Both the position numbers and the translations under genes were made by a program. Of a DNA stretch of 64,000 nt, positions 11,837 through 24,576 are shown in pieces. The DNA comes from Phoronis australis (Eukaryota > Animalia > Phoronida): assembly GCA_002633005.1 (NCBI GenBank), contig NMRA01000006.1, positions 204,485 to 268,484 on the forward strand, in the 5' to 3' direction. The first letter of the stretch is position 1; the number at the start of each line of letters is the position of its first letter. A model generated the notes under the pieces. That model did no database searches. It saw only the letters and a list, made by a program, of their open reading frames with translations, and was not told the DNA's origin.

Positions 11837-13005
11837 ATTCTAATTCGTGTTACAATATGTACGCTTCGCTTCTAATTCAATCGCATTATCAGGATTACTT
11901 TAGACTGAAAAACACGTTACGTCGTCGTCTGCTTGTAGGCCTACTCTAGGCAAAACTGATGCTAAGATTGTTATTTTGGTATTACGTTATAACGCAAGAT
12001 CAGTCATGAAACCTACATTTTGGAAATGTGTAGCCTTGGTAGGCCCTACAAAATATTTTGACGATAGTCTTCATACAACTAGCTGGCTGGCTAGGGGAAA
12101 TATTGTAGCTCTTGTTTGATTCTTCGGCATAATTATATGTAGGCCCTACCGGTATGTTTCACGCCGAGGACGCCTGATAAGCTGAACTTCTGGTAGGCAA
12201 TGACCATCGCCTTTGTTGGCCTTTGGTGTCGGCTTGCGACGCAGTTAACACATCCAGTAGTATGCTATCTTTAACCAGCCGGCGTTGTAACAACTCCGCG
12301 TAAATAAAATCCTTTTTAGATCTAAACTATTCTCTCTTCATAATAGTCACACCTCAATTAGCATCGTTATAATTTGATTGAGGACAATTTTTAGACCAAT
12401 TTCATAACGGTTAGTGGTTTAAATCAAAGATTGTCTTTGTCAGNNNNNNNNNNNNNNNNNNNNNNNNNNNNNNNNNNNNNNNNNNNNNNNNNNNNNNNNN
12501 NNNNNNNNNNNNNNNNNNNNNNNNNNNNNNNNNNNNNNNNNNNNNNNNNNNNNNNNNNNNNNNNNNNNNNNNNNNNNNNNNNNNNNNNNNNNNNNNNNNN
12601 NNNNNNNNNNNNNNNNNNNNNNNNNNNNNNNNNNNNNNNNNNNNNNNNNAAAAATGCGCCACTGGCAAGGTTAAGTCTCCAAAGAGATGCAGTCATAAAA
12701 ACGTCCTACAGGTAGGAGTGACCTTACACGCCGGCTTTTTGGTACATGAATAAGAATGTCCATGTATTGGAAGTCTTCTGCTAACATCATCCTAGTGAAA
12801 ATACTACATTAACATATATTTATTGTTCTTTGGAGTGAACTTAACAAATGGTTTACATTATTTTCTGACATGGTACAAGGCCCATTATCACATACACTTA
12901 AATAAGAACGCTAACTATACTAATACTTAACGCCCTGAAATTTTATGCCACGCCTTCTTCGATCTTTAGGCTTAATACTTTGCTCATGTTGGTCTTCAGG
13001 AATGT

Positions 13006-13107
13006 TTAAGTAGAAACCATCTTAGCACGGTCGTGAGGTGCATCGACGTTCAAATCGTCTGGTCCAATAGAAACAATGCCAAATTTGTTGATTGATGGAT
13101 GACTCAT
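13006..13107 (-). CDS. GHR terminal coding exon
   Basis: tttcag|[33 protein letters not shown]; candidate AATAAA (-) at 12824-12819. Confidence 0.9.
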   Translation of the reverse strand: MSHPSINKFGIVSIGPDDLNVDAPHDRAKMVST

Positions 13108-16100
13108 CTGAAATCACAAGCATTAAAAGGTGACGTACAAAAATTGCCAAGGACTTTTAGCTTGAAAATCGTTTTTTACTACACTGTCTAATTACGTCAT
13201 GTAGGCGACATTCGTTGTTCGTAGGTTCACATAAAGATCAACTGTGTAGACTACGTTGGCAAGTACCAGTTCTTGGTAGCATCCCATGCTATGTCAAATT
13301 GGAATGCCTATAACAGAGATTTCTTTAGCAATCTTGCAAACGACTGACAACGCGCTTGCAATTTTACAGCTAGCCTGGAGCTTCTTCAGCATGGTGCGAA
13401 AACGTGTGTGACAAAGAACGTCAGGTGGCGCAACTGAGAAATTTAAGTTCTGGCAGTCCTTGCAGCCCGCATGTACTACCTGATAATGGTAGGTAATGTG
13501 TTTCATGTTGACCGTCTCCGAGATTCCGCCTGTCTGATAAATATCCCGTAAATATCCAGAAAGATTGGGAAAGTCTTTGATGCGGTGCTTGTTACACTGA
13601 AAATACCAACGAACCAATCAGTGGACTACGTTATTACAGACCTAATATGATTTTGGGACAGTAGTTATGATGAGCCTTTAACCAGTTGCGAGAATCTCTC
13701 CTCAAATTTTGATTGACATTTTAAGAACGAATTATGAATTGAAAGTAAATAGACGGATTTAAGGGGTACAGAGGCCACGGGCTCGAACAAAAAAATGCAG
13801 GCATGCTGTAAAGAATTCCTTTCAAAACTTGTGGTTGGGCTCATACTGCGTCATACAGCGTGTCCGTCCCCGAAACAATGGACTACAAACACCTTCTTTG
13901 TTGAACCATAAATAATATGATGGTTTCTCTTTAAATAATATCTGAGTTCGACATGCTATCAAACCTACTTTGAAGTGACCAACATAGACTGCATCAAAGC
14001 GGATTAGTGTCGCGAACAATCGGATATCAGCCTCGGTCAGTGTGTTCCCTGTGAGATATCTGCTCCTTGATAAAATATCTTCAACCTTCAAATGAAAAAA
14101 CATTGTTCAAATGCAAATATTGGCAAACCTGTGATTATTAACACCTGTGTGAAACTTCTTTAGTTGACCATGCGCGTATCCTGCCTTCAATTTGGGGGGC
14201 TCGAATTCTTGACGTCGTGGACCTTATCCTAACAAAACAGCGGGCGGACTAAAAAAACGGGAGCACCGCTGTGAAGTGCGCGTTCGCGCTTATTTAGTGG
14301 TCTTTTGTCCAGTTATCTCGGACTTTTTGTGGCTCGGAGGCGGACCTTTTTTACCTACTTCGCTAAATGGGGGAGCCTCCGCGCCCCCCACTGGGTGCGC
14401 GCATGTTAACTAATCGGTTGTGAACAACTCTTCATCACCGAGTCATACCGACCACGACAAATAAAATAAAATGAGATCCTGGGCCCGAAATCTAATCTTT
14501 GTAGGAAAAGAAAGTCGGAATTATTTTTGGCAATTTCTCTGCTACTTTTGTGCGAACTCAAGATAAGTGGTTATCAGATTGTGCTGGAATACATTAAAGT
14601 TTCTAATCCAAGTTTGCACTTGATGGCCCTTATATTCGTGATATAAACTCGAGTAAAAACTCGAAATTTAGTTAACTCTAATTGGTAATTCCTACTGGCG
14701 CGACGTATTTGGAAGTATGTTATCTTTCTACAAGAAAATAATTGTTGCGAGTAAAGAGGACTTTTTGAACCAACCTTTGTGGTTTAATAGTAACTTGGCG
14801 ATCGGAGACACAGGTGTTTTTTATAACCTTGGTTTAAGATTTATTAGAGATATGTATACCTCTGATGGTGATTTTGTTAGTCTAAACAATATCAAAAATA
14901 GGTTCGACGTAAAAACCAACTTTGTAGAATATAATGGTGTTGTTTCTGTTCTAAGAAGGTTTCAAAAAAGTCTATTTCAAAGTAAATTTAAAAGTGTTAA
15001 TGTCTACTCTCCTTGCATGCCTTTAGCAATTACTCACTTATGGAAAGATTTGAAGGGTTGTAGACATACTTGTTCAGTCTTTAATGACGTTAAGAAACCT
15101 AAGTCAGAATGTAAATGGGAAATAGAGCTAGGAGATAGTTTAGATTGGAAGAAAATATATGCTTTACCTTACAAAATTACAAAGGATCCCCATATTAGAT
15201 GGTTCCAATTTAGAATACTACATAGAATTATTGCAACAAATACCTTAGTTTTTAGTCAAAATATGTGTTAGGGATTCTGATCTATGTTCCTTTTGTAATA
15301 AAGCTCCAGAGACGCTGTGACGCCTTTTTTGGGAATGTAGCTTTGTACAAGATTTCTGGAAGGAATTTGGAAAGCTACTTCAAAAGTGTGGCATTCAGCT
15401 TCCCAACTGTCTGTCTTACGATATTGTTATTCTTGGACTTTACAAGACGCATGATTTTCTATTTAACATTTTGTTTCTACTAGCTAAACAGTACATTTAC
15501 AAGGAGAGATGTCACAAAAATATACCTAATTTTCTCAAGTTCGTTACAAAAGCTTATGAATACTATAATGCTGAAAAATTAAATGCACATAAAAACTTTG
15601 TATATGACAGCTTCTCTGCGAAATGGGAAAATTTTATTGTTCATGTTAACTTCATGTAGAAGATATTTACTTTAAACCAGATATGAGAATGGTCTTCCTG
15701 AGGTGTGCATGCGTGAATGAATGGTGTANTGCATGAGCTTTAATTCAATATGTAATTTCAAGGCTGGTCAACCCCAGTAAGTTCTAACTGTTTTCTTGAG
15801 TCGCTAATGGTTTCAATTTTCTTGTTAGTAACGGAAATAGAACTATGCTATGGTAAGAAATATTAAGAGGTCGATTCTACGAAAGTATAAGGCCCACTTC
15901 AATTTTCGTTTTTCAGCCAGCTAAACAGGGCGAAATGCAACTTGAACAGCGGAAAGGCATACTATACAACAACTTGGACTACTCAGCTCCAATATCCAAC
16001 AATTTACAAAGCTACCGTTCAACAGCATACTGCAGAACTTAGAGACCCCTCGTTACCAAAAATAGGATTGCCATACTGGTAGTGGAATGGATGTTTACAT

Positions 16101-19100
16101 CTGGCGCCGTTATAGATTATTGAAACCTATCGGCGGCCAGAGTTGAACAGAGACAGTGGTTACGAATTATCTGCCATTTACCTACTCCTCTCCACGAGCG
16201 ACAGCCACCAGTAGGTGGTGTTTGACAACAGCCAAGCACCGACCAAAGGTGGCCTAGTGACACGGAGATCGGCGACAGTGCTCCGACGAAGAGCCCAAGA
16301 TGCGCCCGAAAGCTAAGTTTTCAAATACACAGGCCGCCGATAGGTAACAATCTTTATTTTAACTGTTATACTAATTCTTTACCTTATCTAGGGCCTTAAA
16401 GAGTGCAGTAACAGCATTATCGTAGGCCTCCTGAGACTGCGCAAAGCCCGCTCTGTAAACGCCATTGTTGATGTCACTGTAGCAAAAACACAATACCTTA
16501 CAAATGCACACCACAAAACCCCTATGAAAAACTGCTGAATCATCATTGTTTTTTAACATTTTTGATTGGTTTTGTGAATTGTTTGTAATTGGAACCATAG
16601 ACTATAATCTATGTTGGAACTGGACAAGATTCTACAAACACGTTGAGGTCATTGTCCCTTAATTGCCAATGTCTGAAATTTTTCTGGAAACACTAATTAT
16701 TTTTTTTGAAATCTACCAAAGTATGTTGGTATTCACATCGTTTTTATCTGTGAGAAGATTGAGCGGTTTGTTAACACGTTTAATTGTTTTAGAAACTCAC
16801 TGAGGCTTACGTGAAGAAAGCAGGGGAGGCCATCGAGTCGCGTCAGACTTTTTTTCATCTTTCACTTAAAAATCACTAAGACAGCATCTCATGACCTATT
16901 ATTTTTTATTAGGATAATAAAATTTTTATGGAAATTATCACAAGCAAAAGCATCAAAACTCAAGGAAAATGTTAACTAAAGGAAAATTCAGAATACGGCA
17001 CCAGGACAGGCAAAATTACCCCTTCACGGACCGCAAGAGCGTTTTGATTAAAACACACGTTTTGCCATTGAATTTTGCATATAGTTATTTGTCTAATGAG
17101 TTACAGTTCTTTTCTGTCATTATTTCATCACCACTTTCCACTTGTACTGTACAGAAAGATTAAGCTGAAATGATACAGTTTCTTCCAAAGTTTTCTCATT
17201 TAAGAGTGAGGGCCTCAGCTTCAGTTAAAAGGCGAGCACATTAAAGTGTTTGATGACTACATCAGGGTCTGCGGGAAGCTTCATGTGCAGCTGCACCCGG
17301 TACGAGCAATGTAGTCTGCTTTCGAGTTTTCGAATCATTGACTAAAATATTACCGGGAGTTGTTCTTTTACAAACTGTTTTAATTTTGTAGGTTTTTCCA
17401 AAAAAAACTCAACTACCTCCAATTGTAAATATATGTAAGACACGAATTATCAACCAATATCACATGCAAATGCCCCCATTTATCAATGCCGATTGATTCT
17501 GGATACAAGCAAAATGTAGTAGACTTAAGTCATTTCAAGACGATGACTGCTCTACGACAAACCAAACCGGACCAATGTCCTGAAAACATGGTATGGCGAA
17601 TTTTGTTGTCATAAGAACTAAATACTGGAAATACTGGACATAATCTTGCATGGACAATGTTACTTACGGGTAAATCCATTCATTCAAGCTGTTGATAGAT
17701 TCCCTTAAATGTTCGGGGTAGAAATCAAGCTCTTGTTGCTCCACCGTTGGACAAAAGGCGTTGAACTCCCTGTTCAACATTCGGATAATTTCACTCGACT
17801 CATTGTTGACAATTTTACCAGTAACTTTATCGAATAAAACGGGAACTGTTACCTTCCCAGTGAAATCTGTAAGAACAAAAATGCTAAGTTGTACGCAATA
17901 GGGTGTTAGACTGGCTTAACACCAAAAAGTAGATCCTTGTTGGCACAGGAAATAAAATGATCAGCAATTCGAGTACAGTGTTAAAACATACTTGAAAGAA
18001 TGCTTAATTTCAAGGTGTTTCTCAGGGAATTCTGAAGTCACTTACAAACTAGTTTGCCAATTCAGAATAAAACCACGGGGGACAGACAAAGTATATGTAC
18101 ACAGTTTCTGTTTACAAGTCTGGAGTCCAAGAAGATATTGCTCAAAGGGCCAAACGAAAAAAATGAGACAAGAGTTTACAATTTCAGGTGTTCTATAGAC
18201 CGCAGACCAGCCCGTCCTTTGAAAGATTCTACATCTGGCCCGCCATCGCTTCGCCAAATACCTTTCGCTATCTATTTCACACAGAGCCTGGGGAGAGTTG
18301 CGTAGTACGACGTATCCAGGGGGCAAGAGACGAGCAAAAGGTCACCTAATCACAATTTCCACCGTTGCAACAACTTTGGGTATGCTTGAGCGCCGTAAAA
18401 AAACGATGAATTTCAATAAAACAAAACATTTTTGCTGATAACATGTGGAAATACTAAAGATTGGCGCCATCATGAATGTTGAACATTCCAGGGCATGCGC
18501 TGAGCTGCCTACCGGATGAAGACTTTTGATAGACTTCTCTTATGGATTCGAATCCGTTAATGGTGTCCTCTGTGCAGCCTTCTTTCTGGAAAAGTCAAGT
18601 TAGGTTTCATAAGCGGAGTACGGTAAAATCTCACCCATTTAGGACACACTATGGCGGACACATAAAATTTTGTTTTTGATTTGTCCACGAAAGATATGTA
18701 GTAACAAAATAATGATTGTACATGTTCAACGCTTGCACCATACCTACCCCTAAACAATATTTTGGAAAATTGCAGCCATTCACAACAATGTTTAAAGCTT
18801 TTGAAAAATGAAAAAAATGTCTATTGCTATGTCCGTGATTAATATGTGTCCGAAATTTGCGACATTTTACCGCAAGGTTTTGTTTAGGAGATCGACCAGT
18901 GGACGCAAAGTTTCGCCGAAGGTTAAGTAGTCTGGACCTTATCGGAAAGTTTGTATTTAGCCAGATGTTTACAAAACGTAGATTTTAACTCAGTGAAAGC
19001 ATGTATTNCCCCCCACCTGAGCAAACCATTACCTCGGGTGAAAATCGCCAACCTTTCTCCATTTGCAACAGCCAATCGACGACATCCACACTTATGACGT

Positions 19101-22100
19101 CACTCAATCCTTTCAGTTTTCTCACAATCAGTGTGCGATGGGCCCAGGGACAAGCAAGAGATACGTACAAATGGTAACGACCTTTCTCGGCCTTGAAACC
19201 GCTTGATCCGTCGGCTGCAATGTGAAGTTCCAAAATACTATCACTTGACAGAATTTGACCGTTTTCATGATTGGGAAAACAAATACCTGTCATGGGCCGC
19301 ACCGTTACCAAGAAATCTGAACTCAGATACAGGGATAGACACAAAATGATATAATGGGTACGGCACTTTTTGGAATATGCTCAAAAGTAGACACAACTAT
19401 CATTATCTTCAAACTAACACAGACACTATAGATTCGCCACGATTTGTTTGAAATGCACTTTTACGAGTTTTCGCGTTACACGCTTCTTTAAAGGCACAGT
19501 GCAGTAGCCCTCGAGTACATGAACTATTCACTTGTTTTAAGGAAACATTCCGCGTCTGCCGCTGCTTTACGAATAGGGAATCTTCACATACACGCTAGGC
19601 CTATTTCTGTTTCTGTTTCTGTGGTGACGTCAGAGGAGATGCAACCAAGTTCGTGCTGGTGACACACTCTTCGATCTTTTCCCCTGACACGAGTTTTTGA
19701 TGCATCTCCGTATTGACATCCTCGCTCTATGACCTAGGCCTATTTGAAAAAAAAATGTTACCAATTCTTTGTGGTTTTGCTCAAGTGTTGTCAAGTTCCC
19801 GATACGGCGTGAATAAAGCTCGTGTGAACACACTGCTTCGCCAGCATGCGCGCACCCAGAGGGGGATCGGGGACTCGAACGAGTGGCGAAGTGGGCGAAA
19901 AGGTCCGCCTCAGAGAAACAAAAAGTCCGGAAAAGTAGAAACGACACAAAAGTCATAGCTCTCAACGTACCCCGTTTTTTTGGTAAAAGGTCCACATCCT
20001 CAAAAATGCGAGCCTCTCTGGGTGCGCGCATGGCCAATAACAGTTTGCGATGGAAGCCAACCTTCCGAGATTTCGCTAATCTCGCCAGAAACTGGCCTAC
20101 AGAACTCAGCACAGCTTTCATTATTAACCACTGGTGGGTCAGCATGACTGGGCAGTTTCTGCGTTGCGTGTTCATGAACACCTATTATTTATTATTGTGA
20201 GAATTGACAAAGGCAATTTATACATTTCAAATTGGACCAGATTGTGTCTAGTTTAAGCTGGATACCTCTTCCACGCTGTCCCGGTGAACACGGCCCACAG
20301 GCTCGCGGTTACTATTCTGACTCTCCGACCGCCAAACTTAGTACACGGATTTGAAAACTAGCATGGTGTTTGCGACTCCGGATACGCAGTTTTTGGAAGA
20401 CGCGCAAGCAGTATTTTGCGAGTTCGGCACCGTATTTGGTGTTTGGAAAGTCGGGTTTGCGTGAATACGGGAACGAGTTTGTGAGTTAGTGAACTGTGTT
20501 TATTTATCAGACCCGTGAGTCGTGTTTATATAAGTGAACCAAAGTATATCAGGGCTACATCATATCAGTGTTGTTCGGGTATGCTGTGCGGCTGTATGGC
20601 ATTCCTACTCCGAAATTCTGCTCGTCAAACGTTGTTTAACAAAAAAAAAACAAAAAAAAACACACACACAGAAACTTGACGGGTCAAATTTAGAAACTAA
20701 ACATACGATCGCCTTCCGGTTTATAAACTTTGATGAGTACTAAGTGGGAGTTCTCATATTGAGCGAAACTTGAGAAATAGATTCACCATTCGTTCTTGCC
20801 TCAGTCACAGGCGTCCTCAGCTTCTGATCGTCCACAATACACTATATAATACTTTATATAGTGTACTGGGGACGACCAGAAGCTGAGGACGCCTGTGGCC
20901 TCAGTGCTTGAAGTTGCATTTCGCCTTACAGCTGGCGAAAAACGAAAGTCAAATTAGACCTTTTCCACTAAGAAACCGATCTCATAATTCGTTTCCGTAT
21001 GCCTTATTCTCATGCGCGCACCCAGGCGGGGCTTGGGGGGCTCGAACGATCCCCCCATTTGGCGAAGTGGACAAAAATCTCCGCCTCAGAGAAATAAAAG
21101 TCCGAGAAAACGAGACAAACTGTCCACTAAAAAGGCGCAAACGCACAATTCACAGCCCTAGACGTGGTACCCCGTTTTTTTAGGCGACGGACTCTTTTGT
21201 TACTAAAAGGTCCACGTAGCCAAGAATTCGAGCCTCCCCCCATATTGAAGGCTGAGTACGCGCATGCTTCTATTCCCTCTATACAACCCTATTGTTCTAC
21301 ATCCAAATGATGATTTTTCTTCAAAATATAATTTTGAGTGTTTCGTATGCGAGTATACATGCGCATAAGATTCACTAAAGGCATACGAATGAATCATAAT
21401 TGTACAAGAATGTTGTCACTTGTTTAGGAAAACAGTCACCATCTACCGTTGCTTTACGAATGGGGAAGCTTCACTCGCATGCTGGGCCCAAGAACTGAAA
21501 ACTGTTACCAATTCTTTGTGGTTTTACTCAGGTGTTTCGTCTGGAGGTGTATTTGCCAAGTTTCCGAAATATTAGCGCGAATAAAGCTCGTGTGAACACG
21601 CCGCGAGATCTTGCGAAGCCAGACCTCCGATATCTCGCAAGAAACATGTTTTACAGAACGTAGCGCAGCTTTTATTATATATTGACCACTGTTGGATCAG
21701 CATGACTCGACAGTTTTCGTGGGTCTGGTGTTGTGTGTTCATGAACACCAACATTGCATTTATTTCACGTCGTATAAAATCTAAAAATCAAATATTGAAA
21801 TGGGGAAAAAGGCCATGTGAAGGACTTTACAGCCCGCTGACCACAGGGCCAATAGTTATTCTGAACCCTGTTTAACACAAACACAGAATCTTGAAGTGCC
21901 AAACTCGTAAACCAAATATACGATCTTTTCAATTACAAAACATTATTCTTGCTTCAGTGCTACATTTCATATAGCTGTAGAGCTGCGGGAAAGTAACAAA
22001 AATCGAATTAAGCCTTTTACACTAAAAAATCGGTCTCATAATATGTCTGACCGTTTCGCTGATATTATTCTGTTTCCTCACACACAAGCTATGCCTATCG

Positions 22101-22604
22101 CTGAAAACCATCAGCCAATCGAGAAAACTGTTATTATAGAGTTTATAGGCTTGGTAATCCTTAAAATTGCGAATTCGAAAACGGCTACGCATTGCCGTAA
22201 AATAACCCCCGATCCCCTCCGCCTCGTACAACCGGGCAGGCACGGGGCGGACATTTGTGGTCGCCGAAGTGGCGGACACTGCACTGACGACCAGCACACC
22301 CGGCAGATTAGGTCCTATATAATAAAGATCTTGTTATGACATACCTCCCACACACTGCAGTGTTTGACTGGTATACTCTAAAAGGACCACGATAAGCTCC
22401 CGTAGAGTGGACTGGCAACATAAGGTCCGGTACAGACAGATCCACCGTCTGCCTCCTCTAGGCGTGGCTGGCAGACTCCGGGGTTGAGTACATTTCTTCT
22501 GAGGAATAGCCCTACTACTACTACTAACCTGTCACACAATTCCTGAATGTGCTGGCTTTCCGCACGTATTCTCCCTTTGAGTTGACAGATTTGTCAATCG
22601 ACAT
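13006..22604 (-). CDS. Glutathionyl-hydroquinone reductase (Xi-class/omega-like GST, YqjG/ECM4 family); complement join(22604-22529, 19214-19033, 18585-18513, 17866-17668, 16476-16383, 14085-13969, 13596-13480, 13107-13006), 319 aa
   Basis: Family motifs appear in order: [31 protein letters not shown] (catalytic CPWA), [85 protein letters not shown]. Exons total 960 nt; all junctions are GT-AG and in phase. Confidence 0.95.
13480..13596 (-). CDS. GHR coding exon 7
   Basis: tttcag|[21 protein letters not shown]...HITYHYQ|gtagta. Confidence 0.93.
13969..14085 (-). CDS. GHR coding exon 6
   Basis: ttgaag|[39 protein letters not shown]|gtaggt. Confidence 0.93.
14170..14405. mobile_element. CATGCGCG-TIR MITE (hAT-like), copy 1
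   Basis: Ends catgcgcgtatcc / gggtgcgcgcatg; same family as 19845-20032 and 21011-21266. Confidence 0.6.
14560..15760 (+). mobile_element. 5'-truncated, decayed L1/Tx1-clade LINE (ORF2 C-terminus) in GHR intron 5, antisense to the host gene
   Basis: QPLWFNSNL...IRDM...WKKIY...[16 protein letters not shown], then after a frameshift [17 protein letters not shown] (broken CCHC knuckle) and LLAKQYIYK. These match LINE RT-associated zinc-binding C-termini. Confidence 0.85.
16060..16330 (+). mobile_element. Penelope-like element 3' remnant
   Basis: Translates [15 protein letters not shown] (end of the PLE GIY-YIG domain). It is followed by ccgacgaagagcccaagatgcgcccgaaagc, which resembles the hammerhead-bearing PLE tail. 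Confidence 0.55.
16383..16476 (-). CDS. GHR coding exon 5
   Basis: ctacag|[31 protein letters not shown]|gtaaag. Confidence 0.93.
17668..17866 (-). CDS. GHR coding exon 4
   Basis: ttacag|[13 protein letters not shown]...[11 protein letters not shown]...NEWIYP|gtaagt. Confidence 0.93.
18513..18585 (-). CDS. GHR coding exon 3
   Basis: ttccag|[24 protein letters not shown]|gtaggc. Confidence 0.9.
19033..19214 (-). CDS. GHR coding exon 2 (CPWA active site)
   Basis: ttgcag|...|gtaatg; [27 protein letters not shown]...GWRFSPE. Confidence 0.93.
19845..20032. mobile_element. CATGCGCG-TIR MITE, copy 2
   Basis: Perfect 17-bp TIR catgcgcgcacccagag / ctctgggtgcgcgcatg; absent from duplicate copy B. 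Confidence 0.75.
20806..20897. mobile_element. 92-bp palindromic MITE with 8-bp TSD (P- or hAT-superfamily)
   Basis: 44-bp arms with 3 mismatches (cacaggcgtcctcagcttctg...), 4-nt loop; TSD gcctcagt at 20798-20805 and 20898-20905. Confidence 0.85.
21011..21266. mobile_element. CATGCGCG-TIR MITE, copy 3
   Basis: Ends catgcgcgcacccag / ctgagtacgcgcatg; internal ggcgaagtgg...ccgcctcagagaaa shared with copy 2. Confidence 0.7.
22529..22604 (-). CDS. GHR coding exon 1
   Basis: ATG at 22604; [25 protein letters not shown]; donor g|gttagt. Confidence 0.85.
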
Positions 22605-24139
22605 CACGAGAAATTGAGACCACGACCAAAAACCTAATAGTCTTCTTCACGTTCAGTAAAATATAAAGGCACCAAGCACACAATGTATTACGCCAGTGTT
22701 GACTATCCCAGTGCTTTGACCTAGTTACGACCAAATTCAACTTTGACCTACCGTAATTCCCATTAGAAAGGCCTAGTGATCATTGACATCAAGGTGTATT
22801 GAAACAACGAACGAACGAACGGGACGTGTCTGGACACGAACGAACAGAGTCGCAACATACCAAACGAGTATATTAGTTGCCATGGCTTTCAGTATGTCTA
22901 ATAACTTCTGACTGAACCATTGACTGTATGTTTCATTGTTTAATTGCTGAATTACTTGTGCTAGTGCGTATCGGATGTCTCTACTGAGCACTGGGAGCTC
23001 TAAACCTACATGTTTAAGACTGTTGCGGTATTAATTGCCTGGTTACTTCTTATGGCTGCTTACGTAGTATTTGTCCCGCTTTTGGCCGGACTCCGCCTTG
23101 TTTTGACGGTTTATCCCGCCACCGGTTCCGCCCGTACCCCACCATCAAACTGTCCCGTTTTTCATAAACGATCAAATTGACTTATTAATTGTGACGTATG
23201 ACTGTGGTTTTCCCCGCGATACAAAAATGTTACGACACTTGTAATTTCACGTTTGAGCAAAAAAGATGCTGTCGGGGCGTTTTTATGTGTCACGGCGGAA
23301 TTTCACCTTTGCATTTTGGCATAGACGTCACGCTTTGTCAGTGTACAACCGGGAATCTATTTTTTCTGTCCAGGCCACTATTCGTGAAAGTTGGCAATCG
23401 TGCTTACGTCGGGTATGCGTTAATAATAGTATCTAAGAAAAGGGGGTGACAAATACATCAATTATACGTTAGTGAATGTGTACTTGTTTTCTCAGAGTTT
23501 ACCGAGGTTCAATACAAATTCACATGAACGGTCTCCGCAAAAGTAGCCACAATGCAAATCACAATTGCATGATAGATGGAAATTTATTAGGTGATGACGA
23601 TTTGCCCGGCATCGGCTGCATCCCACCCCGAACTTCGTTCCACTGAACCGGCCGGCTGCATCCCACCCCGAACTTCGTTTCACTCAGTGGGGGTGAGACT
23701 AGGATCGGCCTAGTTTAGCAGCCCATGCCCCCACTTTTTTCAGTGCTGCGCCGCCCATGATTACGTATTTGTAAGATAAGAAAACCAGCGCATGGACGGC
23801 TATAGCCCCCTCAGCCCNGCGGACTATACAGTAACACACATTGCCGTAAAGCATAATACTGGATTATATTAAAAAAACATCGCAAACATTTTAAAAATTT
23901 GTCAGCACAATGGAAAATTGATGACTAAAACCTAGGACGTGCGATCGGTCGCGTGACAGCCCTTTCTTCAGGGCAAATTTTGTCAACAGCTTGGGTTCAT
24001 GTAAACACAAAATTAATTACAATTTTAATTCTTACATTAGGCCTACCGATAAAATTCCCCATGAGAAACGTGAAGTTAAAGCTTGTGTACAAGAAGATAA
24101 GATAACGGTAAGTTGTAGTTTCTTACTATCCACGTTTGC

Positions 24140-24310
24140 TACGGTGCCATAAATGGGTTACAACAAGGGCTAAGCGAACCCTTTGTGTGTTTTGAATGCG
24201 TATTACGCGGGGAAATTTCATACTTTGTTGACATAGATATGGCTAAAATGGCGCCCTATATTTAAGATCAGCCAATGAAAACACCTGTTGCTATGACGTC
24301 AGTGCAGTTG
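24140..24310 (+). promoter_or_regulatory. KLF9/13 proximal promoter: CArG box, YY1-like site, CCAAT box, full CRE
   Basis: CCATAAATGG 24147-24156; AAAATGGCG 24245-24253; CCAAT 24272-24276; TGACGTCA 24294-24301. All lie 280-430 bp upstream of the ATG. Confidence 0.6.
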
Positions 24311-24576
24311 GCACGCCTACCAGTAACTACCACACCACGAGGGGAAGGAGACGTTGCTATTGTCTTTTCTCATATTTATGGTAAAAAAAACAGTTTTGTT
24401 TTGATATAACCGGACCATTCACTGTTCAAGTGAATTTGTGAGAGCAAGAGCAGTATTTTGTAGCTTTTTTGATGAAAATCGACCTTGGAGCGACCCAGTT
24501 ACGAGAAATTGTTCGTGGATTCCTTTGTTGTTATTTTCACAACGTGGTGAAAACGGTTTAGCCTACCTGCCTACAT

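Larger units (their letters stand above)
19520..22045. repeat. Old tandem duplication in GHR intron 1 (copy A ~19520-20990; copy B ~21415-22045)
   Basis: Shared colinear blocks: gctttacgaat.gggaa.cttcac, gttaccaattctttgtggtttt, gaataaagctcgtgtgaacac, gttcatgaacacc, ttcttgc.tcagtgct, tctcataat. Confidence 0.8.

Noticed and set aside
19630-20200. 183-aa ORF and overlapping ORFs
   Set aside because: They run through a MITE and a duplicated intron segment, with no recognisable domain.
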